NCBI GenBank assembly: GCA_051362555.1
Contig: CM120645.1
Coordinates: forward strand, 21,514,001-21,578,000
DNA length: 64,000 bases
Direction: 5' to 3'
DNA from: Lingula anatina
Taxonomy: Eukaryota > Animalia > Brachiopoda
Part shown: piece by piece, positions 1-13,035 of the stretch
Numbering within the stretch: position 1 is the first letter of the stretch
Layout of the letters: each line of letters starts with the position of its first letter
Program-made: the position numbers and the translations under genes
Notes under the pieces: model-generated
Databases searched by the model: none
Seen by the model: the letters and a program-made list of their open reading frames with translations, nothing else
Told to the model about the DNA's origin: nothing

Positions 1-183
1 TTTGTCAGTTCATTTTTGTGGGAAAAGAGGACGACGTCACCACAGATGAGTGCTGGGCGAGGCAAGTGCCCCCCCCCCCCCAAAAAAAAAAAAAAATGCT
101 GCTGACAATGGGTTAAAGGAAATGTGTTATTTGTTACCTTATCATAAGCCACTATATATATATACTTTCTGTGTAAATCTTAC

Positions 184-779
184 CCTCTGTCTCCTTATTC
201 TTAAGCACCTCCACTTCAGCTTTTAACCTCTTCTCCTTTGCCTGGTAGATTTTTAACAGTGGATCATCTCTTACAAGCTCATCATGGGGTTTCTTGTGTG
301 TCTGGATGTCTTCATATAACTGAACAAGATATGGTTATTAGGCATAACTCAAAATTTTAAGCAGTATGAGGGCTTGCAGTTTTATACTGGCCATCAGATT
401 AGATTTTAGTTGGGGGGTGGTCACCTCATGCCTTGGTTTAAATCCCTCTTATCAAAATAGCACAGTCCAAGGCTGGGTCCATGGAGACATACATTTTGAC
501 AGCAACCCTTGTAAAAAACTATGAGATCACTTATAATGTTTTATTTGTTTGTTTGAGGTGCAGCTTACATTTTTCATTTTTTTACTACGGTAACACAAGT
601 ATAAGCTGGGATGAATTTTGGTAGTTAACATAACAAAGAAAAAATCAGGTAGATCCTAAGAGTATCAAGTATAAAATTCCTAGATTTACCTGTGTAATTT
701 GTGTCCATTTTTCTTCACATTCGGCCTTCAGGGCGGCCACAGCAGCTTGCTTTTTGAGCTGAATGTCTGAACTTGACAT
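184..779 (-). CDS. CENP-K-like kinetochore protein, 5' part; coding exons 779-690 and 319-184, continues beyond window start; upstream 5'UTR exon ends at 1037
   Basis: Acceptor tttctaatcttctag at 796-810, ATG at 779, GT-AG introns in phase. Translation MSSSDIQLKKQAAVAALKAECEEKWTQITQ|LYEDIQTHKKPHDELVRDDPLLKIYQAKEKRLKAEVEVLKNKETE resembles the CENP-K N-terminus (LxxECEExW ... LxAE) as recalled. Confidence 0.6.
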
Positions 780-1149
780 TATAATATGACAAGGCCTAGA
801 AGATTAGAAAAATTGAAAACTTTACACAACAGTTGACTTCAGATAAATACTAATAGTGCCTCTACAAGTGTCTAGTCTACAACTTTAGCTTACTAGTAAC
901 TGTAAGTGTAAAAGGGCCACGATCAACACAAATATCTGTTGCCTGACATTTATCATTTTTTTCACAGAAACAACTCAATTTTGCATTAATTCACAATTGA
1001 ATGGATATCCCCCATAGAACTTTATGTCAGACTTACCTAAGCTGCGTAATCGCTTTACGATCTCATCAACAGCACGTACATTCGTTTCTTGGATGTTTAC
1101 ATCTGAACTCCGCGCCTAGCCGAGCAGTACGGCTGTTCTATCATGTGCT

Positions 1150-1475
1150 AAGCTTCCTACGTCATAAAATATTATTTTGACTGCTGTAACAACGTTGGTT
1201 TTGCAGTTGCGTTAATGAATAAACAGTGTACAAAAGAAGTTGATTTGTTAAGCGTTTATTGCTAATTCTTATAGAAAGATAGACTTAAAATGACGATATT
1301 TTAGACTTTATTTAGACTAGAGTAACAGATGTATCCCGAGGACATAACAACCCAAGCTATCAATGAAGCCATCTATTGTCCAATGAACAAGACTTTAACT
1401 GGGGCGATGGGATAATCAACCAATGAAAATCTTTCCCTCACTTGTGCATGGCATTTCTATTGACTGAAGATGGCG
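1150..1475. promoter_or_regulatory. Putative bidirectional promoter between the CENP-K-like gene and HBP1
   Basis: Divergent first exons (minus donor at 1035-1036, plus ATG at 1470). CCAAT boxes at 1380-1384 and 1420-1424, ATTGG-free but CpG-richer than flanks, YY1-type AAGATGGCG overlapping the HBP1 start codon. Confidence 0.55.
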
Positions 1476-2598
1476 TCAGTGGAGGTGAGTGCGAGTTTTA
1501 AATGTAATTTTCTGAAAAAAATCTGCAAATGTGCAAATAATCGTTACCCTAAATATTCAGAATTTTGCAGACTTATAATATAGATACCGATGCATATCTG
1601 ATCTTAATTTCAACAGAAGACATAAAAAATTAAAGAAAATTTCATTGAATATAACCTGTACGATATCAGCTGTTTCAATGTTTACGTAGCTACTGCCCAT
1701 TGATTGAAAACTTCTAATGACTTTTTGAATCGTGTATTCAACCCAATTTAACTGATAAAATTGTTATTTTTTCTGGGTTCACCCAGCTAGTATGTAAGGA
1801 TTCATATTTTTAAGTTGGAAGATCGTCGAAGTCCAGGTTTCTTTGCTTGTGCAATTTAAAGTAGTGTTACATTGAACATATACACACTACAGTACTTCAT
1901 TATGCATGCACTGCCTGTACCGGTGGGCGGGACTGGTACATGTAACTTACTACTACTACTACTACTACTACTACATTATGAGCTTTCAGTTTTCCTCTCT
2001 GTTAACAAGTACATTCTGTCTCCTGTATGTGCTTAAACTTGTAGTGACTGGCAATTGACGAATTGACGTACATGTACAGTACGTATCTGGTATACTACAC
2101 CGGTGCATTTTTTTAAAACACATTTACAAACGCCAACCATTTATTTATCAAAACTTAAGTCATTCACCTCAGCACTATACTAATAACCCTACTATTCTAA
2201 ACAGCCCCAGAAGAGGCCCCACGTGAAAACTGAGCGGATGCAGGAATACTTAAGCAACAACTGTGATGTGCCTATAAGCCCCCAGCGACTCCTCAAGTGC
2301 CCCCATGATGGCTGTGATAAAGTTCTTACTAGCTCCCCGGGACTGAGGTATCATCTGAAGTCACATTACCAGGACAGACCTTACATGTGTGACAAGTGCA
2401 GGAAGACCTTTAAAAGGTGAGATGTTTGTGCTAGTATATTGTTTTGATGATCCCTTGGGAATTTATTTATTTATTTAGTATTTATCTGTTGATTTATTTA
2501 TTATTGGATTTTCTTTTCTAAAGAGAGATATATATGTAAGATTTGATTAGTTTATTTTTAACTAATTTAAAAAACAATATAATTTTATTGTGCATTAG

Positions 2599-2643
<45 letters not shown>

Positions 2644-5600
2644 TCAATTCAGGATGGCTTTAGCATTGTTTTTGGGTTTGCAGATCATGATTAAAATTTT
2701 TGCATTATGTGTAAAAATACTTTTTTTAAAATAAATTTCCCAAAAATTGAAAAATATCTATCAGTATGAGTGATTTTTGTTTTATGGGACATGCACTGCC
2801 TGTTTTGTCCTTTTTCAATTAATCCATTAATTCTTTTCAGCTCCAATGGCCTTAAATACCACAGAGAGAGAACATCCTGTGTAGAGACGTCTTCATTCCA
2901 GCCAGTGACTCTTAGCTGGGCAGACTCCAGTATCTCAGCTAATCTCTGTAGGAATATTACACCAACTTTAGAATGTGATGAAGGATCAGAAAGTCTTCCA
3001 TGTAAGTCTATTGATGTATTTAGTTTTCATCTTGTTTTATTATTACTTTTTTGGTAAGAAAAATGGTGCAAACTAAGATGTCTCAGTCAGCTTGTTTGGT
3101 AAGGGTGTTTTGCCCATGGTTGGCTGTAGCCTTTATTTTGTTGGTGAATCTTAAAAAAAAAAAATTAAACAGCCATTATATATGTAACTACCACGGTAAA
3201 TTGTCAATAAACAAGTGAAAGAAGAAATATATAGAAAAATATTTTCAAATTATTCACTGGCTTATGGTAAATGCTGAGTGTGATCACTTAACAATGTGAT
3301 TTATAAATGATTTTGATCAATATGTTTAAGTCTCCAATTTATTCGTATTATTTTATTTTATTGTGGAAAATGACACCTATTTTTTCTTGATAAGCAAATC
3401 TCTCATATCGATTAATTAAACTCTGCTTCTTATTGTTACTTAGTTTAGTTCTTTTCTGATATATAGAGTTTATCATTTAAACAATGAAAAAATCTTGACC
3501 TGTTCACCCCACACACTAAACTAAAATTTTATCATGTTCGTAAGGACACATTTATTAGTGAAATAAATCATTAAAAATAAGAACATAAACTTTTTTCTGT
3601 ATGTTTATCAAATAAATTAATTTCTTGTTACACACACACACTAAACTTAAATGTTGACATGTTAATAAGGATGCATTCATTAGTGAAATAAATCATAAAA
3701 ATAAGGTTATGATTTTTTCTTTCTGCATGTTTATCAAATAAATTGATCTATTTTTACAGTAGTAATACTAAAGGAAACCGCTTTACTTTCTTTTCTTTTC
3801 TCTTTTTTTTCAAAATGTAAAGGAAAAGTAATACAATTGAACCAAACAAGGAAAAATGTTTATTAGTTTATAAAATATAGTTTTAAAAATGATTAATATG
3901 CAGCTGGTCTCATGTAGGTAACACAGTGAGCTGTGTGTGTGTTTGAACATGCAAATGAGATTAACTGTTTACTTAACTGTCAAACAAACAACAACAGTTC
4001 ACCAATCATGTGCGTATGCTTCAGTCAGAGTAAACACTTGGGTATTTAAATGAACTCGCTATAACACTATAGGCTATAGAAATTATTGTTTTCCTAGCCT
4101 ATTCAGTTGTATAGTGTATTGATATTTTATTAGTTCCCTGCAATACAGGGTCTCTTGCCACATCCTGCTGAAAAACTTAACGCAGGCAAATTTTTCCTTA
4201 AGTTTATAAAATTTGTTGTGCCTTTCATTTTCCTCCTTCAAAATTTTGTCTTGTTCTTTCAATATTGGCAATTGTATGGCCTAAAAAAACAAAAAAATTT
4301 GTTCGATAATTGGTGTGAGGTAAGGGACCTCGCTGTCAATCCAGGTATTTAAATAAGCAATGTTTGGCGCAGACATCTTGAACCCTAGCACGCAAGCTTG
4401 ACAGTTGATTTTTTTCTGAAAAGTTACTAAGGCATCTAAAACAGGACTTGCTAGCAATGGAGATCTGAAACATGGGGAGGCATAAAGGTAACTAGGAGCT
4501 TTTTTTAGAGTGACTCTGTGAAGAAAATGTCATTTGGGATCAAAGAGAGCAATGAATGTGTAGTGTGATGAATGGTTCCCCATTGATAAGGCACCATTCA
4601 ATCTAATGCCACTCAGATTTAATGTTGATTTATTATTTATCTAACCCATTTTACATCTCAGACTGATGCGTGTTTCAAGGGGTTTGCATTTTTAAATTTT
4701 TAAACTATTTTTAATTTGATGACTCAAGATTTTCCTTTGGGTGATATAACAACAAAGGAAATCGTACTATTGAATGAGGTGTTGCATTGTTCCAAGTTCT
4801 GTGCAAGGGGTTTCTGAAAGGTCGCTTGCTGCTAGTCTTTTTCAATTTCAATTCAATAGCAACCATTTACATGACTTAAGACTCCACTGCAAGGTGAAAG
4901 TGTGTTCCTTTATTCTTTCAGAATAAGCTTTACTTTGTGCATTGGTCTCAAAATTTTATAAATAAAACCTATTGAATGCTTTCAATTACTGAACCATGTT
5001 GTTGTATTAATTATTGATTTCAAGTGTGAAAAAAATTAAACATACACATTGAGTATTACACAGCACATTAAATTTCACAAGACTGTGTTCAGAAAAAAAA
5101 AAATTGATTACATGCCTTTGTATGACTGCTTGAAATTCATTCTTGTGTGGTTTGCACTTAATTATTCAAAATTTGTTTATTTATTCATATTTTTTTCCAT
5201 TTTTGTTACATTAAAGCAAAAATTTTAATGAAAATGTTCAAAAGAAATGTGAAGTGTATTTAGGTGGCATTCAAATATAAATTATAGTAAGGTCAAGAAA
5301 TCTTCTAGCATGGGAAAGGATTTAATTATGCATTTTGATTTTCATTGCATAAATATAATGGGACAAAGTTGTTTATGATTCACATGCAAATTTCATTTTA
5401 AAAATCATTTTTTGAATTATTATTTAATTTTTTTTATTTCATTACTGTGTGAGGTAAATGTTTTGATATTAATATTGATAAAAATCTTGCTGTATACAAC
5501 ATAATTGTTATATTATTTAAGCCAGGTAATTTGATGAATTTATATCAGTTAAAGTCCCCCAGTATTGTTGAAAGAAAGATGTAGAAAAATCTAAAAATTA

Positions 5601-7875
5601 AATTAAAATAATAATAATAATAATTGCCCATAAAGCTTTTAACCTGAACATAAAACTTCTTAGGATACAAAATCTAATCACGTAAAAACAGGATTTATAA
5701 GTAAATACTCAGCATATGACAATTATAAAACACTGACTTTTATTTTCTTTATTTTACACCCAAGTCTTTTCAACCTTTAAATTTAAATTCATGAATAGAA
5801 TTTGCCATCAGTATTTTAATAAGATTACGAAATCTGTTTCATGCTATATAATATATAACAGCCTAATTATGTGTATACTTGAATATTCAATTTATGTTGT
5901 TATTTATTTTTGTATGTCATGTTAAACTTCTTTAACTGTTGAAAAAAACATTGATTGTGAATTTTAAAATTAGTTGCTAACTCTCTTCTTTGTATACAAT
6001 ATAAATTTATGTATTAAGATAATTGTATCATTTTACAGTTGATGATGATGAGGATGATGACATGTTAGAAGTAGTGACCACAACACGGTCAGCAAAACAT
6101 ACCCCACCGTCCCTACGCCTGGACAGTTCGGACAGCTCGCCCATAGATGTGGTGTCCACTACAGATGGGGAGGACAGTAATGCCAATCATGTGACTGTCC
6201 AGCCTGTGTCCACTTCCAACTGGCTGGAACAGCTGGCTGAGATAGCCACAGGACCAAAGAGTCCTTTAATACAGAAACAGTCCACTTCTGAGAGGTATTG
6301 GAAAGTAACAACCACTAGCTATAGACTATATTATTTTAGGGTTTTTCCTCTTCCAGCTATTAATAACTATTTGTTTTCAACAACATCTTCAAGATTTTTT
6401 AAATCAAGTTTCAGTCTCAAAAGCAGATTGATTTTACTCGTATTTACCTAATGAGATACAAATTGATTTATTTTGTAACTTTCAGGCAGCTATTACCCAG
6501 TGTTTATAAAATTGATGCTTTTTTGTTTGCATTTTCTGTAGAAGTCCCGCCAAAAGCTTCCTGGAGTGTTCTCTCCATTCATATGCCCGTCCCCCACGCA
6601 CACGCTCTCCTTCTCCACTGCGTGGGAACACCAGAAGTTTGTCTTCCTCTGCTTCAGAAAGTCATTTCAAATATAACTGGTGAGTTTTTTTTTCTTTTGT
6701 GTAATGGTCGTATGGTTTGTTTGAGAGTTATCTTGTTGAAGGGATATTTGATTGGTCTCATTTGACAAAGTGTGAGTGTATTTAGAATTTGGTTTTATGA
6801 AGACTTAGGCTAAATATAGTTCATCTATACAGAGATTGTTAAAGTTTTATAAGTACCAAGTTTTGCTGTATTACAGATTGTCAAGTATATAACTAAACTG
6901 GTGATCATTTCTTAAAATGTAAATTACACTTAAGTAACAATAGTTTATAACATGGGGTACTTTTTTTTTCATTTTTTGTTTACAGTGTAAAGTTGGTGCT
7001 AAATAAAAGTACAATAAATAAATTTTAGAGACTTAGCATATTTAAAAGCAGGGAGTGATGAAATGAAATGATCAAGTGTTTTTCGAAGCAGGATTCAAAT
7101 ATCATGCCTAAGCCCTTATGGTTGACTTGGTTTTCCCAGTTTCATAGTAGTGTGTCAAGTAAATAGTGTACTATGAATATTTCAGTGATGAAAGTGAATC
7201 TCGTGTGAGTTCGTCGTCGCCATTTCCCTCGTCCCCGCTAGATGACAGTTATGGCAGCTCAGGTAGCTGGTCGCATTCCTGGCCCTCTGCAGTGTGGCAG
7301 TGCTTTATACAAGGTATGTTGGTTGGTTTATCTGTTGGTTTATCTTTTAATATGAAAATCCATGTCACTCTTCTGTATTTTGCATAATTTATGTTTCCTA
7401 TCTATCTGTTAGTTTGTATAGATATATTCTTTCAAATTAGTAAATGGAATATCATTTTTAACATGTGTATGTGAATCTGATATATATGGTGCAGATCGAG
7501 TCACAAGCTGCATGACAGTGTACACTTTAAGTTATTTGCCAGTCACTCTAGTTATCTTGAAATTTCCCTATCAAATCTGAAGGTATAAGTTTGAACATAA
7601 GGAGACCTACCTGCATTGTTATCCATACTTACTACAGCCCAATGGTTCATCATCTATATAATATATTCTTACATTTTCTACTCCAGGAACAAGAATACGT
7701 TTCACAACGGGTAACAAAACAGAATGGCAGCTAGCGGAGGACCTGGCAAATACTTCGTATCTCACAGCTCAAGCTTCTCAAGGCAATCTTCCAAAAGACA
7801 GCAAGTACGTTGCCATCATTTTAATTTTAGTTTAATGATTTAAAAAATTAAGTAAAAACAGCCCCATTGTGGAAT

Positions 7876-7914
<39 letters not shown>

Positions 7915-10588
7915 GCTATGCTCCCAATGGGCTGACACTTCTCCACATAGAAGAGTGCAAAGCCACAGAGCAGCGTCCTGTGCCATTTCTTCGCCTCAGG
8001 TTCTCCTCGGACATTCCCACACAGTCAGAAATCATTGCTGAGTGTGCCTTGGATCATCCCTTCTTTGTCAGGGAGAAAGGTAAGTCAAGAGAGTCATAGT
8101 ATGTTATCAGTATTATTTTAGTTTCTTGATTGGTGTTGTAGAAAATGAGGCAATTGCTCAGTTACCCAAAAAGACATTCCGCTTAGCCTTAGCTGGTAAA
8201 AATGTTTGAACTTAATATTACACTAGCCCACTTTGAGTCTCTGATTATGGAAAAGGCAAGTAGCCTATAAAGTTTTTGGCACAGACTGTTATTGTCAGTT
8301 ATTAACTGTAAGATACATGTATAAAGTTTTGTCTTCTCAGGTTGGTCCAGTTTCCACCCCAGTATGACAGTGGAGCACTATGGTATCCCCTGCAGTGAGC
8401 TGGAGGTAGGGGATATCACACTGCCTCCCTCACACCCAGAGGCTACATTTACTGTGGATGTCTTTGAGAGCTTCAAAAGGTGAGTTGTATGATTGTGTGA
8501 ATATTGTGCAATCTTTGCCACGAGGAACTTCATTTTTATTTTGTGCAAATATTAATTTTCACATGTTTTCAGTTGAATATTTTTAATTGGTTCAGTTTAA
8601 AATTTCATGATGATCAAATCAAAGTGGCTTCATCTGCAGTCTAATGAAGACTTACAATTAAGATAAAAGCATATATTAATATGTGCAAGATGTTAATATC
8701 ATGCTAAAAATTTGATTTTGCTGGAGATGTCAACCCTTCATTTAATCACCAACTGTTTTCAGGATTACAACCCATGAACCCATTTCTAGTTTTTGAGTTA
8801 GTCTCATGACGGAGACAGGGGCAGGTTCATTTCACTTATGACAATAAAAAATTGGAAATTTGGAAGTCAACATAAAGGCAATTTTCCCCCAATGGTTTGG
8901 ATAGGGTTTGTCTTGATCATAATGGAAAATTTGCTGAGATTTTTTTCATTCCAATTGAATTCTAAAGATGTTTTTTTGTTTATTATTATTATTTTTTATG
9001 TTTACTTTTTTTTTCAGTTATGACTTCACTCCTATGGATTCCTCTGCAGTGTTTACTCTTAGTACAATGGCCAAGGTAGAATAAAATGATCCACTATAGC
9101 ACAAACTCAGAATATATTGAATCCAATTTCTTTTTAAATTTTACATTAAAATATGTTATCTATCACACATAAGTATTATTTTTTGTAGAGTTAGTTATTG
9201 GTTTTGTGTGTGTTTGATTTACATTTTTGTCAAAAGCAAATCAAGGCTGACTTTTAGTATTTAAATTTAAAAAAATAAAGAAAGGTCCGTAGACTGATTT
9301 TAAAGATGTTGCAAATTTCATTTTGTTTAACTGTATACATATTTTCCTTTTTGGATTTACATGATTTTTATTTTATGTTAAATCTTAAAATCTTGTTCAG
9401 CTGTGACTTTAGTTTAAATTATGTAATGAATTCTATCCTTTAAATTATTTAAGTATTTAGGATGTCCTCAAGATACTTTATTAGAATGATTTCAAATATT
9501 ATACATGTTATCTGCAGAAAAGTAAAGAAAGCGACAGCTGGAGTCCAAAGTCCAGTCCCACCACTTCCCCCAACCGGAAGCGCCTCTCCAAACCAGAGTC
9601 CCCCAGCAAGGCAAAGAGGCCCATGAACGCCTTCATGCTGTTTGCCAAGAAATACCGTGTAGAGTACACACAGATGTATCCTGGGAAGGATAACAGGTTG
9701 GTATAATTAGATAGAAGTAGAAAATTATTACAATGATAGATTTTGATGAGTTTAAAACATGATGAGTTTAAGTGATGAGTTTAAGTGGATAAAAGTTAAA
9801 TGAAAATTTTGCTTAATAAAATAATTATTTATTCCCTGTTAAGTTATTGTAGCTGTAGTATAATTCTATCAGATCAGCATGGTGAAGCCAAACTGTTTTT
9901 ATCTTTTTTCCCCATTAAAGCAGATTCTGAAATAAAAATGTGCAGTCTTGTTCACCACGAGGATTTAATGCTGAATATATAGTCATCATCATCATGTACA
10001 GTTGCATTTGAAAGCCAAATTTGGATAGTTTTTTTATTTTTTTATTATTTTTTTTTATTTTAAATAAAAATTATATAGTTTGCAGAGTATAACCTTCATT
10101 ATTTCTGATTCTTCCAGAGCCATTAGCTGTCTTCTTGGAGAGAGATGGAAAAAGCTGAAAAGTGAGGAAAGGAAGGCTTTCTCCTTGGAAGCCAAGATGC
10201 TGGCAGACCAACACAAGAAGATCCATCCAGATTGCTGGAAGAGAAAGAGATCCACTTCTACTGGGGTATGCTGTTAAATACTTTTTAATTAGTTAATTAA
10301 TTGGGCTTCTTTGTAAGTGTTGAATTTTTAAAACAATTTATTTCATAATTTTTGTCAGCACTGAGATATGGAATGTGGGGTTAAATTTTTTATTATAATT
10401 TTTATTCTTTTAAAAAATTTTATCATTATCTATATGTGTCCTCCTCATTCAGAATGGTTCAGTTCACCTCTTTATTCACCTTGTTTGACAATCCACAGTT
10501 TAACTGTGGCTGAAAAATATTTATATTTTATATTATATTTATTTTAAATTTCATACGTTTTATTTTAAAATTTCAGAGTCTTGAATGA
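1470..10588 (+). CDS. HBP1: HMG-box transcription factor HBP1 orthologue with N-terminal C2H2/C2HC zinc fingers, about 575 aa; exons 1470-1484, 2205-2416, 2841-3001, 6039-6294, 6542-6679, 7186-7313, 7687-7804, 7916-8079, 8341-8479, 9018-9075, 9518-9696, 10118-10265, 10577-10588
   Basis: All introns GT-AG and phase-consistent. Contains WLEQLAEIATGPKSPL, an AXH domain (WPSAVWQCFIQGTRIRF...DHPFFVREKGWSSFHP...GIPCSELEVGD), the HBP1 signature SYDFTPMDSSAV, and an HMG box ([31 protein letters not shown]...WKRKRS). Confidence 0.93.
2601..2643. repeat. (TTA)n microsatellite
   Basis: Direct reading; the source of the poly-Leu ORF 2543..2734. Confidence 0.9.
3510..3745. repeat. Degenerate two-copy tandem repeat, unit about 125 bp, in an HBP1 intron
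   Basis: cacacactaaac...taagga...attagtgaaataaatca...aaaataag...atgtttatcaaa occurs at about 3510-3620 and again at about 3635-3745. Confidence 0.75.
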
Positions 10589-11076
10589 CACACTGATCAA
10601 AAAGAGGGCACTTGAAGAAAAGAAAACTAAAACAAACAACTGTTACAGTAAAGTTATTTTACACTGCCATTTATTCATCATTATCTGCCTAATTTTTGGC
10701 CTGTGGACTGACCTCCCTCCATTTTTTTTCTCTTCTTGTCTTGTGAATACTTTGTAGTATTCATTAGAATTCACTGCATTTAGAACATTCCAGTTTCAAA
10801 TTGTTAATTATTGGAACTTTGAACGGATTAGACCCAGATTACCCCAGTCTTTGCAAGACGGCTTAATTTATTCTTTTAGGACTATTTATTCTTATTTATA
10901 TTATGATAGTTACACCTTTTAGTTTTACAGTTCTTGTAGTAAGAGCACTTGAAATGAATATGTGGATTGTTTATTAGGTGCTGTATTAATTACTGGCATT
11001 ATGCCAATTTCAACCCAGCTTTTTAATGGTGTTCTCACGTTATTAGTGATTATTAGTAATATAGCCATGAGCTAAA

Positions 11077-11114
<38 letters not shown>

Positions 11115-13029
11115 TTTCAAGATACATTTGATAAGGCTGCTGAACTTATTAAAGAGTCCCCCTTATTATTAAGAAATACTTACTGTTATTTGATATTTTA
11201 AATGTATATATGATGGATATATATATTATTTGTATATGATTATATGAATGAAAACATTGGGTAAAGGTAATCTTCCAGTTAATAATAATATTGTGATGTC
11301 TGTTCAAATTATTAAGCATATTAATTTTTTTCCATACATTTCCTTTATTTCACTATTCATTGATAGTAAGTATATAGCAAATATACTGCTGCTTTTTGAG
11401 CTAATTAAAAGCATATTGTGATATAACAATTACTGCAACAGTTATACTCCAGGTGCCAAGATGATAAAAACGCAGTGATTGTTTAGTTTTGATACTAAGT
11501 TTTAATCTTAAATCATATATTAGAAATAAAAGAGAATAGTTTTTTAATTCAGTTATTAATCATGTGATTTTGAATTTCACAGTCTGTTAAAGGGCAGATT
11601 CATAACTTAATTTGTTTTCACAGTACATACACCATTAAGTTCAATATTTATTTCTGGATTAAAATGAAATTATTATGTATAATAACTTCATTTAATACTA
11701 TGATATAATTATATCTCTAAAGTGGTGGCCTAGCACTGAATGGTTGCTTTGACAAGATATACTTTTGTTTCTACACCTAGTCCATGCTTTGGGGGTTCCT
11801 TAATTTAAACAGAAATAAAAGGCCAATTGCTATAACTGCTGTTAGTAGCAGTTTGAATATTTAAAAATATAATATCTAAATTTCTGCAGGATGTAATTCA
11901 CTCAAGGGTAAAAGTTGAAATTTTACAAGTTAAAAGACGATTATGATCATTATTTTTACTACTGTTTAAATTATATATCATGATCTCAGCATGATGTAAT
12001 TCAGTCAAGCCTCCCTGTGCTGCATGGTATGTTAGGAGTGGTCAAGAAGTGGTCAGTCTGATAGTGACCAGTACTGATCTCAGCACTCTCCTGTTTGTGC
12101 CAATTTGTACATTTATAGATATATTTCTAATTATTTAATGTACATACTATCAGTGCTATCAGAAATCTTTATAATATTATAATTGATATATTCGATACCA
12201 AGAATCTTACTAGTTATTTACCAAGTTTCCTTCAGTGCATGGAATTGCGAAGAGAAAAGTTAAGGATTTTTAGCTCCAGTTGAAAATGAAATGATGTGAA
12301 AAGACATTTACATTCCTGAACAGACACATCTTCCAAGTGTCAACTGGTACCAAATATATACTAAGTCTTATAGCTGGCTAAGGCAACATTTGCATGCTTT
12401 TTATCCTACAGGTTAATATTCGGTTGTCAATGAATATTCTTGATGATGGGTTATGGATACTGTGCAAACTCAACCTACCCTTTCTGGGCTGCAGTTGTAA
12501 GTGGTTCAATGTTGGACCATTGTTTTGATGCTGATTTCTTCCTCCTGTCAGTCAGTCTTTTAAGGTGCCTGGAGTAGCACAAGCTGTATACTGTGCTGCA
12601 GATGCTATGCCCATTTTTTTAATGTTTTTTCTTCTGTATAAATTCACATCTTATACTGTAATTTGTTTTTGGTGGAATGCAAGGAACAGATATTTTCAAA
12701 ATTTAGTTAAGCAATTTGTTTATAGTGATATTTATGAAGGCACTTGTGGAGGAGTTAAGTTTTCAAATTATGCATTTTATTTATTATTATTATATTAGTT
12801 TTATGAAGTCTTTCCAGATTGATGCTGTTTATTAGTCATAATATTTGCACATTATTTTACGTCACTCTAGTTTCCCCCAACTAAATTGTATTAGAGATGC
12901 CTGATGTTTGCCCTTTTTTGTCTACAAATTGTCTTGGTGCACCGTTTTGTATGCTAATTTAAAGTTTGTTTCCCAAATTGAATGTACAATATATTATTTC
13001 TTTTATTTTTCATATTGAAAATATGATAA

Positions 13030-13035
13030 AATAAA
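13030..13035 (+). terminator. Candidate HBP1 polyadenylation signal
   Basis: AATAAA followed by a U-rich tract, close to minus-strand signals (TTTATT at about 13141 and 13164) of the convergent gene. Confidence 0.4.

Noticed and set aside
1037-1115. Open frame ARSSDVNIQETNVRAVDEIVKRLRSL as a coding first exon of the CENP-K-like gene
   Set aside because: It is preceded by an in-frame TAG with no ATG; exon 2 supplies its own ATG at 779.
2543-2734. Hydrophobic poly-Leu ORF (similar ones at 43588, 43668, 61815, 42717, 42733)
   Set aside because: These are translations of microsatellites.
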